Below, in pieces: positions 1 to 9,365 of a DNA stretch of 64,000 bases; the stretch's first letter is position 1, and each line of letters starts with the position of its first letter. Made by a program: the position numbers and the translations under genes. The notes beneath the pieces are model-generated. The model did no database searches, was not told the origin of the DNA, and saw only the letters and a list, made by a program, of their open reading frames with translations. Source of the stretch: Terriglobales bacterium (GTDB lineage: Bacteria; Acidobacteriota; Terriglobia; Terriglobales; Acidobacteriaceae); contig JAATGG010000159.1 of the NCBI GenBank assembly GCA_015654835.1, forward strand, positions 5,576 to 69,575, given 5' to 3'.

Positions 1-73
1 AAGGCATTCCATGCGAGAACCGTCCCCGGCTGCCTCTGCTCCAACCATCGGCCTCTCGTTCCCTCCTTCCGGC

Positions 74-754
74 CTATCGGGGTGGGTCCAGAGCAATGGG
101 TGGCTCCGCCAAGCCTGCAAGAAGCTGCCGGGCAAGCTCGATTTCCTCGTCAATGATCGTGTGAGGCAGCCCGGGATAGCGCTGAAGCGAAACGGCAGCA
201 CCCATTTCACCCAAAATAGCTGCCGATTGCTCGACCCGGGCCCAAGGTACGTGCGGATCGGGGTCGCCTGAGGCCAGCAGGACCGGCGTACCGGCCAAAT
301 CGCCTTCCCAAACAAGCGGCGCTCCCGGCGGTCCCATTAAACCGCCGGTGAAGGCGATGAGACCGCCATAATGAGCCGGATGGCTGGCCAGAAATTCCGT
401 AGCCAGGCATGCTCCCTGCGAAAAACCGGCAATTGCGATTTTTTCGCGCCCAAGGCCGACGGCCAGAGCCTGATCTACCACCGCAGCGATTTTGGCCAGC
501 GCCGAGCTGCGCCAGGGCTCATTCTGGCTCAAAGGGGCCAGGAACGAGGAGGGATACCAGGTGCGATCGGCAGCCTGGGGCGCCAGAAACGCAACCTGAT
601 GCCGCGCAGAGGCCGCCACCAGATCCGGCCCCAGGCCGAGGATGTCCTCTGCCGAGGCTCCGCGGCCGTGCAGTAATACGATGGCAGCCGTAGCCCGCTC
701 CAGAGGCACTCCGGCCGTGTGTACGAGGCCATTGCGATGCGGATCGGTTGTCAT
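74..754 (-). CDS. phospholipase/carboxylesterase-family alpha/beta hydrolase (MhqD-like)
   Basis: ORF 74..856 carries LLHGRGASAEDIL and the nucleophile elbow GFSQGA. I placed the start at MTTDPH (ATG 752-754) because it forms an ATGA stop/start overlap (tcat at 751-754) with the upstream gene. Confidence 0.8.
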   Translation of the reverse strand: MTTDPHRNGLVHTAGVPLERATAAIVLLHGRGASAEDILGLGPDLVAASARHQVAFLAPQAADRTWYPSSFLAPLSQNEPWRSSALAKIAAVVDQALAVGLGREKIAIAGFSQGACLATEFLASHPAHYGGLIAFTGGLMGPPGAPLVWEGDLAGTPVLLASGDPDPHVPWARVEQSAAILGEMGAAVSLQRYPGLPHTIIDEEIELARQLLAGLAEPPIALDPPR

Positions 755-1605
755 TTCTGGACCGCCGCCGTTTTCGGCGCTGCCTCCCGCCCGGATCGAT
801 GCAATTCGAGGGCAGGAAGCACCGTCTCGATCTTGCCGCGCTGCGATTCGAGCCACTCCGGCAGCCTGAGCGCTTCTCCCAAGGCTTCGGGAACCTCATC
901 CACGGCAAAGCCCGGCGGATCAGTGGCCAGTTCGAAAAGCACACCGCCCGGCTCGCGGAAATAGACGGAGTGGAAGTAGTTGCGATCAAGCACCTGGGTC
1001 GGGCTGAGGCCGGCCTCGACGAGCTTTTCGCGCCATTCCAGTTGCGAAGCGTCGTCGGCCATGCGGAAGGCGATGTGATGAATCGTGCTTAAAACGTCTG
1101 CGGTCGGCTCCAGTGCGCGCTCGGCCAACATCACGCCGTAGAAGCCGCGGAGGGCAGCCTCTGCCGGAACCATCGCGAATCGACTTGGCTTGGCGACCGT
1201 CGCGCCGGGATGCGGCACAATCTCCAGCTTCATTCCGTCGGGGTCGGGAAACAGGAGCGTGGGCTCGCCGGCAAAGCCTTCAGTACGCTCGGCAGGCAAA
1301 CCAGCGTCAAGCAGGCGTTTTTCCCAGTAATCCAGCGAACCCTCCGGGGCACTGAAACTGGTGATGCGAGTTTCGCCAATGCCGGGGGTGCCACCGTAAG
1401 CATCGGGCCAGGGAAAGAAGGTGAGAATCGTGCCCGGCGAACCGGCATCGTCGCCGAAGTAGAGGTGATAGGTGCCTGGATCGTCGAAGTTGACTGTCTT
1501 CTTGACCAGGCGCAATCCCAGAACCTCGGTATAGAAGTCGAGATTGCGCTGGGGGTCGGAAGCAATTGCCGTGACATGATGAATACCCGTGATTGGCTGG
1601 GTCAC
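751..1605 (-). CDS. glyoxalase-family (VOC) ring-cleaving dioxygenase, MhqO-like
   Basis: 284 aa. The N-terminus GIHHVTAIASDPQRNLDFYTEVLGLRLVKKTVNFDDPGTYHLYFGD is typical of two-domain VOC dioxygenases. It is translationally coupled to the downstream carboxylesterase. Confidence 0.8.
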   Translation of the reverse strand: MTQPITGIHHVTAIASDPQRNLDFYTEVLGLRLVKKTVNFDDPGTYHLYFGDDAGSPGTILTFFPWPDAYGGTPGIGETRITSFSAPEGSLDYWEKRLLDAGLPAERTEGFAGEPTLLFPDPDGMKLEIVPHPGATVAKPSRFAMVPAEAALRGFYGVMLAERALEPTADVLSTIHHIAFRMADDASQLEWREKLVEAGLSPTQVLDRNYFHSVYFREPGGVLFELATDPPGFAVDEVPEALGEALRLPEWLESQRGKIETVLPALELHRSGREAAPKTAAVQK

Positions 1606-1650
1606 AGTGATTCTCCTTGGGGAATTGAGGAATGATTTTTCTAGAGGCAG

Positions 1651-1722
1651 ATGCGTTCCGATCTGTCATGCGAACCACTCATGCGGGACCCGTTCATGCA
1701 AGACCAGTAAAATGCGGGAACC
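1651..1722. promoter_or_regulatory. array of degenerate ATGCGGGA(A)CC direct repeats upstream of the dioxygenase operon
   Basis: Copies are tcatgcgaacc 1666-1676, tcatgcgggacc 1679-1690, tcatgcaagacc 1694-1705 and atgcgggaacc 1712-1722, plus atgcg at 1651 and atgcggga at 1787. Spacing is 13-16 bp. Confidence 0.35.
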
Positions 1723-1783
1723 GCGCTGGGAGATTCATCGGACATGATGTGCACCGGGGACGGGGCATTCTAGCAATGCAGTG

Positions 1784-1811
1784 GCGATGCGGGAGGGAAA
1801 GCCCGCATCGC
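1784..1811 (-). terminator. hairpin downstream of glgC (no clear U-tract)
   Basis: GCGATGCGGG-agggaaag-CCCGCATCGC, a 10-bp perfect stem 17 nt after the glgC stop. Confidence 0.35.
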
Positions 1812-1827
1812 TGTTGGGACCGGACGC

Positions 1828-3081
1828 TTAGTACCGTTCGAGAAAGGCAGGATCGACGGGGTTCTCGAATAGCGAAGCATCGCGGGTCACGATGGTGAGG
1901 CCTGAGGGAGTCACGAAGTAGCGGCGCTTGTCCTCGACCGGATCATAGCCGATGACGGTGCCCTCGGGAATGTGCACATCGCGGTCGATGATGGCGCGGC
2001 GGATGCGGCAGTGGCGGCCGATGTTGACGTGCGAGAAAATGATGCTCGAATCGACATCGGAGTAGGAGTTGACGCGCACATCCTGCGACAACACGCTATC
2101 GGCCACCGAAGCGCCGGAGATGATGACGCCCGCGGTGATGACGGAGTTGACAGCAGCACCGGTGCGGCCCGGCTCACCGAAAACGAACTTGGCCGGGGGA
2201 TACTGGCGCACGCGCGTGCGGATGGGCCAATCCTTGTCATAGAGGTTGAAGACAGGCGAAACCGAGCATAGGTCCATGTTGGCGTCGTAGTAGGCGTCGA
2301 GCGTGCCTACATCGCGCCAATAGAGCGCCTGTTGCTTGTTCTCATCCACGAAGCTGTGGGCCATCATCTTTCTGCGACCCAACATGCTGGGCAAGATGTT
2401 ATGCCCGAAGTCGTGTTTGGAGTCAGGATCTTCGGCGTCGGCGATGAGGGCCTTCAGCAGGGTCTCGGTGTTGAAGATATAAATGCCCATGGAAGCATCC
2501 ACGGCATTGGGGTTGAAGGGCGAGCGGATGTCGGTGGTGGCGGGCTTCTCTTGAAAGCCGCGCACCTCGCCGGATTGGCCTACCTCAACGACGCCGAACC
2601 GCGACACTTCATCGGGCGAGATAGGCAGGGTGGCAAGGGTAACCTCGGCCTTGGTCTCGATGTGGTATTCGAGCATTCGGCTATAGTCCATTTTGTAGAT
2701 ATGGTCGCCGGAGAGAATGATGACGTGCTTCGGCTGCTCGCTGCCGATAGAGTAGATGTTCTGATAGACGGCGTCGGCGGTACCCATATACCAGTTGGCG
2801 CCGGTACGCTGCATGGGCGGCAGCAGTTCGAAAAACTCGCCCAGTTCCTGGGCGACGATGCCGGTCCATCCCTCGCGAATATGCCGGTTCAAAGAGAGAG
2901 CTTTGTATTGGGTGAGAATGAACACCCTGCGCAGGCCGGAGTTGATGCAGTTGGAAAGGGTAATGTCGATGATGCGGTAATGTCCCCCGAAGGGCACAGC
3001 CGGTTTGGCGCGATCACGGGTAAGTGGAAAAAGCCGTTCTCCGGCGCCGCCCGCGAGCAATACTCCAAGTGTGTCTCTCAT
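1828..3081 (-). CDS. glgC: glucose-1-phosphate adenylyltransferase
   Basis: 417 aa. N-terminal GVLLAGGAGERLFPLTRDRAKPAVPFGGHYRIIDITLSNCINSG plus a C-terminal left-handed beta-helix region. Confidence 0.95.
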   Translation of the reverse strand: MRDTLGVLLAGGAGERLFPLTRDRAKPAVPFGGHYRIIDITLSNCINSGLRRVFILTQYKALSLNRHIREGWTGIVAQELGEFFELLPPMQRTGANWYMGTADAVYQNIYSIGSEQPKHVIILSGDHIYKMDYSRMLEYHIETKAEVTLATLPISPDEVSRFGVVEVGQSGEVRGFQEKPATTDIRSPFNPNAVDASMGIYIFNTETLLKALIADAEDPDSKHDFGHNILPSMLGRRKMMAHSFVDENKQQALYWRDVGTLDAYYDANMDLCSVSPVFNLYDKDWPIRTRVRQYPPAKFVFGEPGRTGAAVNSVITAGVIISGASVADSVLSQDVRVNSYSDVDSSIIFSHVNIGRHCRIRRAIIDRDVHIPEGTVIGYDPVEDKRRYFVTPSGLTIVTRDASLFENPVDPAFLERY

Positions 3082-3385
3082 GTCCGTTTGCCCCCTGCCT
3101 TCGTTCTGTCTGATGTACGGAATCGGCTGGTAGAGGGAGGAAATGCCGCTATCCGGTACGTCATGTCTCTGGATGACACTTTCCCCTTAGACGCCCCCCG
3201 AACGGTGGAGCATACCACACACGGATGAAGCTGGCAGCCTGTCCCTCTGAGATGCAGTCAGTTCCCCAGAAAAACCGATACCGGAGCCCAGCGGCAAATC
3301 TTGTCGCTGAAAGCTCCGGTCGATGAAAACGCGGCTTGAAAGAATGCGGGACCCAAGGTTATCCCCTCGCCTGAAACGAGCCGCC

Positions 3386-4141
3386 TTAGCGCTTCTTTTT
3401 GAACTTGTACTCTGCTCCGACAGAAAGACCGAAGTTCCAGTTGGTGCGGCCGCCCGACGGGGTGATGTTGGTGCCGTAGTCGCTGCTATAGCGGGTGAAA
3501 ATGGCGTCGGGTGTGATGCGGAAGACCCAGCGCGCCGAGCGGTTCAGGTCGAAGTGGCCGCCGAAAAGGGCTGCGGGAGCAACCTGGTTATTGTAGAAAC
3601 CAACCGTCGAGGGCGGATTGCCGTCCAAGTCGTGCTCAAAATCGCCGTACGCGCCGCCGACCAGCACATGAGCAATCAGCGCACCATGCTTGTTATGGGG
3701 CCCGAGCCATTCCGGACCGGCTGCAAACAGATATTGGCTCACGACCGGGCCCATGATGTTCAGAGAGTTGGGGGCGGCACCGCTGGTGCCGAAATAACCG
3801 CGGCCCGTGCCCTCGACAGCCCAATGCTTGCTGAACCAATAGGAACCGGTCAGGTCGAGCCCGCCCAGGTTCGCCCCTTGCAGCAGGATCGGCCCCGCCT
3901 TGATGTGCGCATAGGCCATGCCCAGCGACAGATCGTAGCGGTTGTCGTAGCGCACGCCGGCGAGCGGATCGATAGAAACGTAAGCACCATTATTGCCGGG
4001 GGTCTGCGTGTCGGTACCCGGGGCTGGAACGCCCTGAGTGGAGGAACTCTGTGCCGGGGCTGGAGCACTCTGAGCCTGAGCGCAGATTCCGGCGCAGACA
4101 ACGACGGCAAGAGAAGCGAAAAACCTAACTGGGAGACGCAT
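3386..4141 (-). CDS. outer-membrane beta-barrel protein (OmpW/porin-like), secreted
   Basis: Signal peptide MRLPVRFFASLAVVVCAGICAQA. The sequence has alternating Gly/aromatic beta-strand character and ends in GLSVGAEYKF-KKKR. I placed the start at ATG 4139-4141; the longer ORF to 4531 would overlap the next gene. Confidence 0.7.
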   Translation of the reverse strand: MRLPVRFFASLAVVVCAGICAQAQSAPAPAQSSSTQGVPAPGTDTQTPGNNGAYVSIDPLAGVRYDNRYDLSLGMAYAHIKAGPILLQGANLGGLDLTGSYWFSKHWAVEGTGRGYFGTSGAAPNSLNIMGPVVSQYLFAAGPEWLGPHNKHGALIAHVLVGGAYGDFEHDLDGNPPSTVGFYNNQVAPAALFGGHFDLNRSARWVFRITPDAIFTRYSSDYGTNITPSGGRTNWNFGLSVGAEYKFKKKR

Positions 4142-4283
4142 CACCACCAAGCTTACAAGACCGGCCCAATGGGGGACAACGCGATATGTAAGCTTTTCAC
4201 GCGGCTGCGGCTGCATTCCCTGTTTTTCTTGCAGCGGCAGCGAGATAGCAGGTTTACGCGCCCTCAGGCCGGGGCTCGCATCC

Positions 4284-4982
4284 TCACGGCTCGCAATGCT
4301 CCGTCCATTTCGTCCAGACGAGATACCGCATGGTCTTGAGAATCTCCGCAGCGGTAAAGATATCCGTGGTGGAGGCGGACTCCGGCGCCAGAGGGACCTC
4401 GGCGTGCATACGCCACTCCAGCGGCAAACGGCCGAAGATGAGCGCGGCCCGCGGCAAATGGCTGCGGTTTGACACCACTTCCGCCGAATGCCAGCCGTGC
4501 TCCTGCATAATCCGTTCGGAATAGCAGGCATTCTGGATGGTATCCATAGCCCGAGGCTCGATCAAGATTGCGGATCGAGGAATGCCCTGCGCCTCGGCGA
4601 CGCGGGCCATCACCTGCGCTTCGACAAAATGATTGTGCGCTGCGCCCCCGGTCAGAATCAACCGAGGAGCCACACCGCGCTCGTATTCGCGGACGCCCTC
4701 CGTCACGCGAGCCAATTGCTCGGGCGAGGGATTTCCCTCGTCATCGGCAGGAAAACCGAGCACGATGAGGGCGTCGAAGCGGGTGAGAGAGGTGTTTGAG
4801 ACAGGGGCAAGCTTGCGAGCGGCAAATCCCCAACCCACGAGGGCCACTGCGATAAAAGCCAGGATCAGGATGGTGCGAGCCAGCCAGCCCGCTCGCTTGC
4901 GCCGGGCGGGAGCGACTCGCCCTTTAGAGCTGCGCGCGGGCACTCGCTTCCCGGATTGCCGGGGTGGACGTGTATGGGTCAA
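4284..4982 (-). CDS. DUF218/YdcF-family (ElyC/SanA-like) membrane-anchored protein
   Basis: N-terminal TM helix, then LIVLGFPADDEGNPSPEQLARVTEGVREYERGVAPRLILTGGA...EPRAMDTIQNA. Confidence 0.75.
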   Translation of the reverse strand: MTHTRPPRQSGKRVPARSSKGRVAPARRKRAGWLARTILILAFIAVALVGWGFAARKLAPVSNTSLTRFDALIVLGFPADDEGNPSPEQLARVTEGVREYERGVAPRLILTGGAAHNHFVEAQVMARVAEAQGIPRSAILIEPRAMDTIQNACYSERIMQEHGWHSAEVVSNRSHLPRAALIFGRLPLEWRMHAEVPLAPESASTTDIFTAAEILKTMRYLVWTKWTEHCEP

Positions 4983-5062
4983 ATCATCCCTCCAGCCTCC
5001 ACTGTATCGCGGAGGCCGGAGGCGATGCGCCGGGGCGAAAGGGTCTTTGACCCAGCCAAAAA

Positions 5063-5686
5063 TCAGCCGAGTTTCGCCGCCACGCCCCAGGCCGATAACG
5101 CAATCTCGCTCAAGGGCTTACGCTCACGCGGAGAGGTTTCCATCGCGACCAGTTGCTTGTTGGCCAGCGCCGACGGTTCGCCCTGATAACCAAGAGCGAT
5201 GATGGAGCCCGGCGTAAAGTCCTCGGGGATGTCGAAGGCCTTGCGGGCCGCTTCCTTGTCGAAGCCGGCCATCTGGTGGGTCGCCAGGTGAAGGGCATTG
5301 GCCTGCAGGGAAAGCAAGGCAGCGGCAGCGCCCAAGTCGTAGAGAGCATAGTAATTCTGGGTGCCGTTTTGGGCGAATTTGGTGCTGGCGATGCCGAGAA
5401 TCAGGACCGGCGCGGCAGAGGCCCAGGTGCGGTTGAACTCCACCATCGCGGCGACCATCTTGTTGTAAGTTTCGGAACCGCGAGTGGCGACGATAAAGCG
5501 CCAGGGCTGTTCATTGTAGGAGGAAGGCGCCCAGCGGGCCGCTTCAAGGATTTTGGCCAGGTCGGACGGGCTCACTTCCCGGTCGGCAAACGAACGCGGG
5601 CTCCAGCGGTTGAGCACTTCGGGAAGCACGCCCTCGACAGCGGGGGCATGTTTTAACTCATTGACTTCTTTAGCGGATAAGGTCAC
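5063..5686 (-). CDS. nitroreductase-family protein
   Basis: 207 aa with the motifs NRWSPRSFADREVS and APSSYNEQPWRFIV. Confidence 0.85.
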   Translation of the reverse strand: MTLSAKEVNELKHAPAVEGVLPEVLNRWSPRSFADREVSPSDLAKILEAARWAPSSYNEQPWRFIVATRGSETYNKMVAAMVEFNRTWASAAPVLILGIASTKFAQNGTQNYYALYDLGAAAALLSLQANALHLATHQMAGFDKEAARKAFDIPEDFTPGSIIALGYQGEPSALANKQLVAMETSPRERKPLSEIALSAWGVAAKLG

Positions 5687-5778
5687 AGCGAATGCTCCTT
5701 GGGATGGAACTTCTGCCTCTTTGATTGCAGGAAACCTGGGAAGGATTCCCCGACATGGAGAAAAAGCTGTTGCAACGA

Positions 5779-5809
5779 ATAAAGGGCACAGCTAAGCCGC
5801 GCCCTTTAT
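5779..5809 (-). terminator. putative intrinsic terminator after the 596-aa secreted-protein gene
   Basis: ATAAAGGGC...GCCCTTTAT stem. On the minus strand it is followed by ttattcgtt. Confidence 0.55.
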
Positions 5810-5828
5810 CTATGAGCAGAAGACCGCT

Positions 5829-7619
5829 TTATGGAAACTGCGTAACCTTGGGCGTGACACGCGGATTGGTTGCGGTTGCGCCTCCGGTATTGTCGATCAC
5901 GTTACTGATTTCTCCCAGGTTGCCGAGAGCCACGGTAATCATGTTGTGGAAGCGGATGTTGGGGCTGGCAGGAACTTCGATGGCGCGGGTAAGAACGACA
6001 TCGGGATAGGTAAAGACGCTATAGATGCCCAGTCCCCAGGCCTCGTGTTTCGTAACGTTCCTAGCCACCTTGTAGGAGGCCCAGCCGTTGGTGCCGGCGG
6101 CGCTGGTATAACTCGCCTGCGTCGGCGGATCGTAGGGGATTTCCGACTGGTAGAAGTACGTGCGGCCGGCATTGCCGTTCCAAAGCACCTGGAACTCCTG
6201 ATGATGCTCGACAAAGAGCCCATACGCCGTGACGCGGTCCCCATTGACGACGAGGCCGTTGGCACTGAGATTACGGGTCCAGCCTGCACCGGCTCCATGA
6301 TCGGCGCGCCAGATCCAGGTGTGGTCGATCAGGGTGTCGTTGCTGTTGACGACGAGATTGGCTGCGGTGCGACCTACTCCCGCTCCACCGACACGAAAGA
6401 AAACATCGTGAAGCGAGATGGGATTCTTCTCGTGGTTGGCGTGGCTGCCCTGGGCTCCTACTTCAAGCAGGACAGGTGACTTCGTAGCCCCCGCGTCGAA
6501 GAGAAGTCCGGCGACGATCATGCCGTCCGCATCGGCGGTCGTCATAGCCGCGGTGCCATTGACGGGCTTGAGGGTCGCAAAGCCAAGGCCCAAGACAATG
6601 CTATCGGGGCGCGTCACGCGAATAGGTTCGGTAAGTTCGTAGATACCCGGAGTCAGGAGCAGGTGCTTGCCCTGGGCAAGTTGCGCGTTGATGGTTGCCG
6701 CTGTGTCTGTGCCCGGATGCGCGATATAGAAGCGGTTCAGGGGAATGGATTTTCCCTGCGTCGTGCCGGCGTGCCATGTAATGCCCACTGAATTCGTGCG
6801 CAGAGCGGGAACGCGGACGCTCCAGTTACCACGAGCATCGACTTCGAGAAAAGGCTTCTCGCGAATCATCGGCGTGGCAGCGATCTTGGTATAGGGCGGC
6901 GTGGGCCATTCGCCCTCGGGCGGATGCGGCACACCGACAAAAACCATATTCCAGTTGGAGCCTGTCCAACTGCCCCACTCGCTATTACGCGAGATCCACT
7001 GCTGCTGCGTGCCGGAGTCGGTGTTGCCATCGATTAACGAGTCGGACATCCAACCGCCGCTTGCCCAGCCGTGTTTCTGATGGAGCACGAGATCGCCGCG
7101 CACATGCATACGGCGAAAGGGTACGGCCTGCGAGACGGCCCACTGCATGGTGCCGCCGGCAGGCGTAACCGAGAAGCCTTCAACGCCGCGCCAGAATGTC
7201 GTGGTGGCGTTGTTGTGCGGAGCGCTTGCGTCGGCATGCACATTGCCGGTGATGTGCACGGCATCGGGTGAAGCACCCAGGCCGAGCACTTGCGTGTAGA
7301 AGCCTACCGGCACGTCCAGACGATAGTCACCGGGCAGGAACAGCAGAGCGTCGCGCTGGGGCCCGAATTCATTTTCGCGCTGCACGGCATAGATTTTGTC
7401 GATCTGCGCCTGCATCGCGGCGGAGGACATCGAGGGGTCGAAGACCAGCACATGAGGACCGAAGTCAGGCTTCGCTGTTGGCTTCGACGCAGGGGCAGCA
7501 TTCGCCGCGATCACGGCGCACGTAAGCAGCGCCGTCATGGCGCCGGCTCGAAGTGCGGAGCGCACATCGTGAGCGCTCCGCCGCATGAAATTTGCGGTTG
7601 CTTCCGAGTTACCAGACAT
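5829..7619 (-). CDS. secreted protein of unknown family, possibly a glycan-active enzyme
   Basis: 596 aa with signal peptide ...MTALLTCAVIAANAAPA. The conserved-looking block is FGPQRDALLFLPGDYRLDVPVGFYTQVLGLG. It overlaps the GH30 gene end by 11 nt. An alternative start is MRRSAH at 7586. I could not assign a family by eye. Confidence 0.5.
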   Translation of the reverse strand: MSGNSEATANFMRRSAHDVRSALRAGAMTALLTCAVIAANAAPASKPTAKPDFGPHVLVFDPSMSSAAMQAQIDKIYAVQRENEFGPQRDALLFLPGDYRLDVPVGFYTQVLGLGASPDAVHITGNVHADASAPHNNATTTFWRGVEGFSVTPAGGTMQWAVSQAVPFRRMHVRGDLVLHQKHGWASGGWMSDSLIDGNTDSGTQQQWISRNSEWGSWTGSNWNMVFVGVPHPPEGEWPTPPYTKIAATPMIREKPFLEVDARGNWSVRVPALRTNSVGITWHAGTTQGKSIPLNRFYIAHPGTDTAATINAQLAQGKHLLLTPGIYELTEPIRVTRPDSIVLGLGFATLKPVNGTAAMTTADADGMIVAGLLFDAGATKSPVLLEVGAQGSHANHEKNPISLHDVFFRVGGAGVGRTAANLVVNSNDTLIDHTWIWRADHGAGAGWTRNLSANGLVVNGDRVTAYGLFVEHHQEFQVLWNGNAGRTYFYQSEIPYDPPTQASYTSAAGTNGWASYKVARNVTKHEAWGLGIYSVFTYPDVVLTRAIEVPASPNIRFHNMITVALGNLGEISNVIDNTGGATATNPRVTPKVTQFP

Positions 7620-9033
7620 AAGTGGCTACCGTTCCCGGGACCATCGTCGCGGTAAGGCTCTTGCCGTGATACATCACATGAAAGGTGCTCGGGAAGTTAC
7701 CCGTATTGGCCACCACCAGCACGACCTTGCCGGCAGGGGTTAAGAACGCCGCATTGGGAAGCTGGTCCGCTTCGGATGAGCCTACGCGCACGGATCCGGC
7801 AGGAATGAACTTGGAGAAATGGGCCAGCGCATAATAAGCCACGTTGTAAGTGACGGTATCTCCATCCAGAGTTACAGCGCCATAGCAAGTTCCGCATCCA
7901 CCATCGTCGGTGTGCGGTTCCGCCTTGGGGTCGGCAGCAAGGTTCCACAGCAGTACGTTGCGGCTCCAATTACGCGTGGCGCCAATGAGTACGCGGCTCA
8001 CAGGCTCGGCGATTCCGATGGACTTGGAGTCGGGACGTTCGGCGACCATCTGCTCGGTCAGATACAAATTCTTATTCGGATAGGCATTGTGTATCTCAGT
8101 CAGGGTGCGGCTCTCGCCGCCATAAAGGTGATAGGCCGTGCCCGCTACATACTTGCCGGCCTCCGGGTCGCCGAGAATTGACAGGGCATAATTCGGAGCG
8201 TCGGGGTTGTGATCGTATAACTGAATTTCTGTCTTGATGCCCGCTTTCTCAAATGCGGGGCCGAGATGCCTGGCGATGAAAGTCGCTTCTTCCGGCGCGA
8301 AGACGGCCATGCTCGGCGTGTTCCATGGATTCAGCGGCTCATTCTGAACCGTGATGGCATGAATGGTAATGCCTTCGGCCTTCATGCCCTGGATATATTT
8401 CACGAAATAGTGGGCATAGGCGTCATAATACTCGGGCTTGAGATGGCCGCCTTTGACTTCTCCATTGGTCTTCATCCAAGTGGGAGCCGACCAAGGCGAG
8501 CCGAGAATTTTAATGTGCGGATTGATGGCCACGATCTCTTTAAGAACGGGAATCACGTCGGCATGATCGGGACCGAGGCTGAACTTATCGAGGTTCGGAT
8601 CGGTTTGTCCCGCGGGCAGATCGTCGTAGGAGAATACGTGGTCATTCATATCGGAGGCTCCGATGGTGACCCGCAGATAACTGGCACCGATGCCCTTGCC
8701 CTCGGCGGAAAAAATCTCTTTGAGCAGGGCCGTTCTCTTGGCCGGCGTCATGCGCATGAGCAGTTGCGCGCTGCCGCCGGTGAGCGCGAAGCCGAAGCCC
8801 TCGATCGGTTGATACTGCTGCATATCGTTCACGACGATGGCCGGAAGCTGGGCCGCGGGGCCGGAGAGCGCGGGCTCGGCGAACTGGACGGGAGCGGGTT
8901 GCAGCGCGAACAGTGCGGAGCGGTCCCCGGTCGTGAGCCAAAGCTGGGCATCCGGCAGGTTCTGGGCTTGGGAGGCGACGGGAAGAAAGAGAAGGGCTGC
9001 GAGAACTGAAACGAGGGTGCGACTGGAATTCAT
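7609..9033 (-). CDS. glycoside hydrolase family 30 (glucosylceramidase / beta-1,6-glucanase-like), secreted
   Basis: 474 aa with signal peptide LLFLPVASQAQ. Motifs: GFGFALTGGSAQLL, ASYLRVTIGASD, SPWSAPTWMKTN, ITVQNEP. Confidence 0.85.
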   Translation of the reverse strand: MNSSRTLVSVLAALLFLPVASQAQNLPDAQLWLTTGDRSALFALQPAPVQFAEPALSGPAAQLPAIVVNDMQQYQPIEGFGFALTGGSAQLLMRMTPAKRTALLKEIFSAEGKGIGASYLRVTIGASDMNDHVFSYDDLPAGQTDPNLDKFSLGPDHADVIPVLKEIVAINPHIKILGSPWSAPTWMKTNGEVKGGHLKPEYYDAYAHYFVKYIQGMKAEGITIHAITVQNEPLNPWNTPSMAVFAPEEATFIARHLGPAFEKAGIKTEIQLYDHNPDAPNYALSILGDPEAGKYVAGTAYHLYGGESRTLTEIHNAYPNKNLYLTEQMVAERPDSKSIGIAEPVSRVLIGATRNWSRNVLLWNLAADPKAEPHTDDGGCGTCYGAVTLDGDTVTYNVAYYALAHFSKFIPAGSVRVGSSEADQLPNAAFLTPAGKVVLVVANTGNFPSTFHVMYHGKSLTATMVPGTVATYVW

Positions 9034-9365
9034 GAAGGCTCCTTACACTGCCGGCCCGCGTGGCAAGTCCGGTCCCATGGAGCAAGAGAAACCGCATCAA
9101 GACAAACGATTGCTTTGGGACGAACACGCATGATTCGCTAGGCCATCAACGATAACAGCAGGGCATCGATGCGCTTGTCAAGCAAATTGCCGGTTTACAC
9201 GCGCATCGGAGTAATCGAACACCTCTCCCGTTGGGCGGAAGAGCCAAAGAACTGGCGCCGGACACTTTCCGCCGGCTTCTTCGCATTCCGTTCTTACTGC
9301 CCCGCAGACATTCCATCGATCTTCGAGTTCCTTCATCTTTACAGTTCCGATAGCTGAGAGCGAGA

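Noticed and set aside
4142-4531. N-terminal 130 codons of the long ORF 3386..4531
   Set aside because: This part overlaps the ydcF-like gene and has no signal peptide. The internal start at 4141 gives a canonical signal peptide for a beta-barrel protein.
9169-9357. 62-aa ORF in the GH30 / oxidoreductase divergent spacer
   Set aside because: It has no SD and no recognisable motif, and it occupies the expected divergent promoter region. It cannot be supported from the sequence alone.
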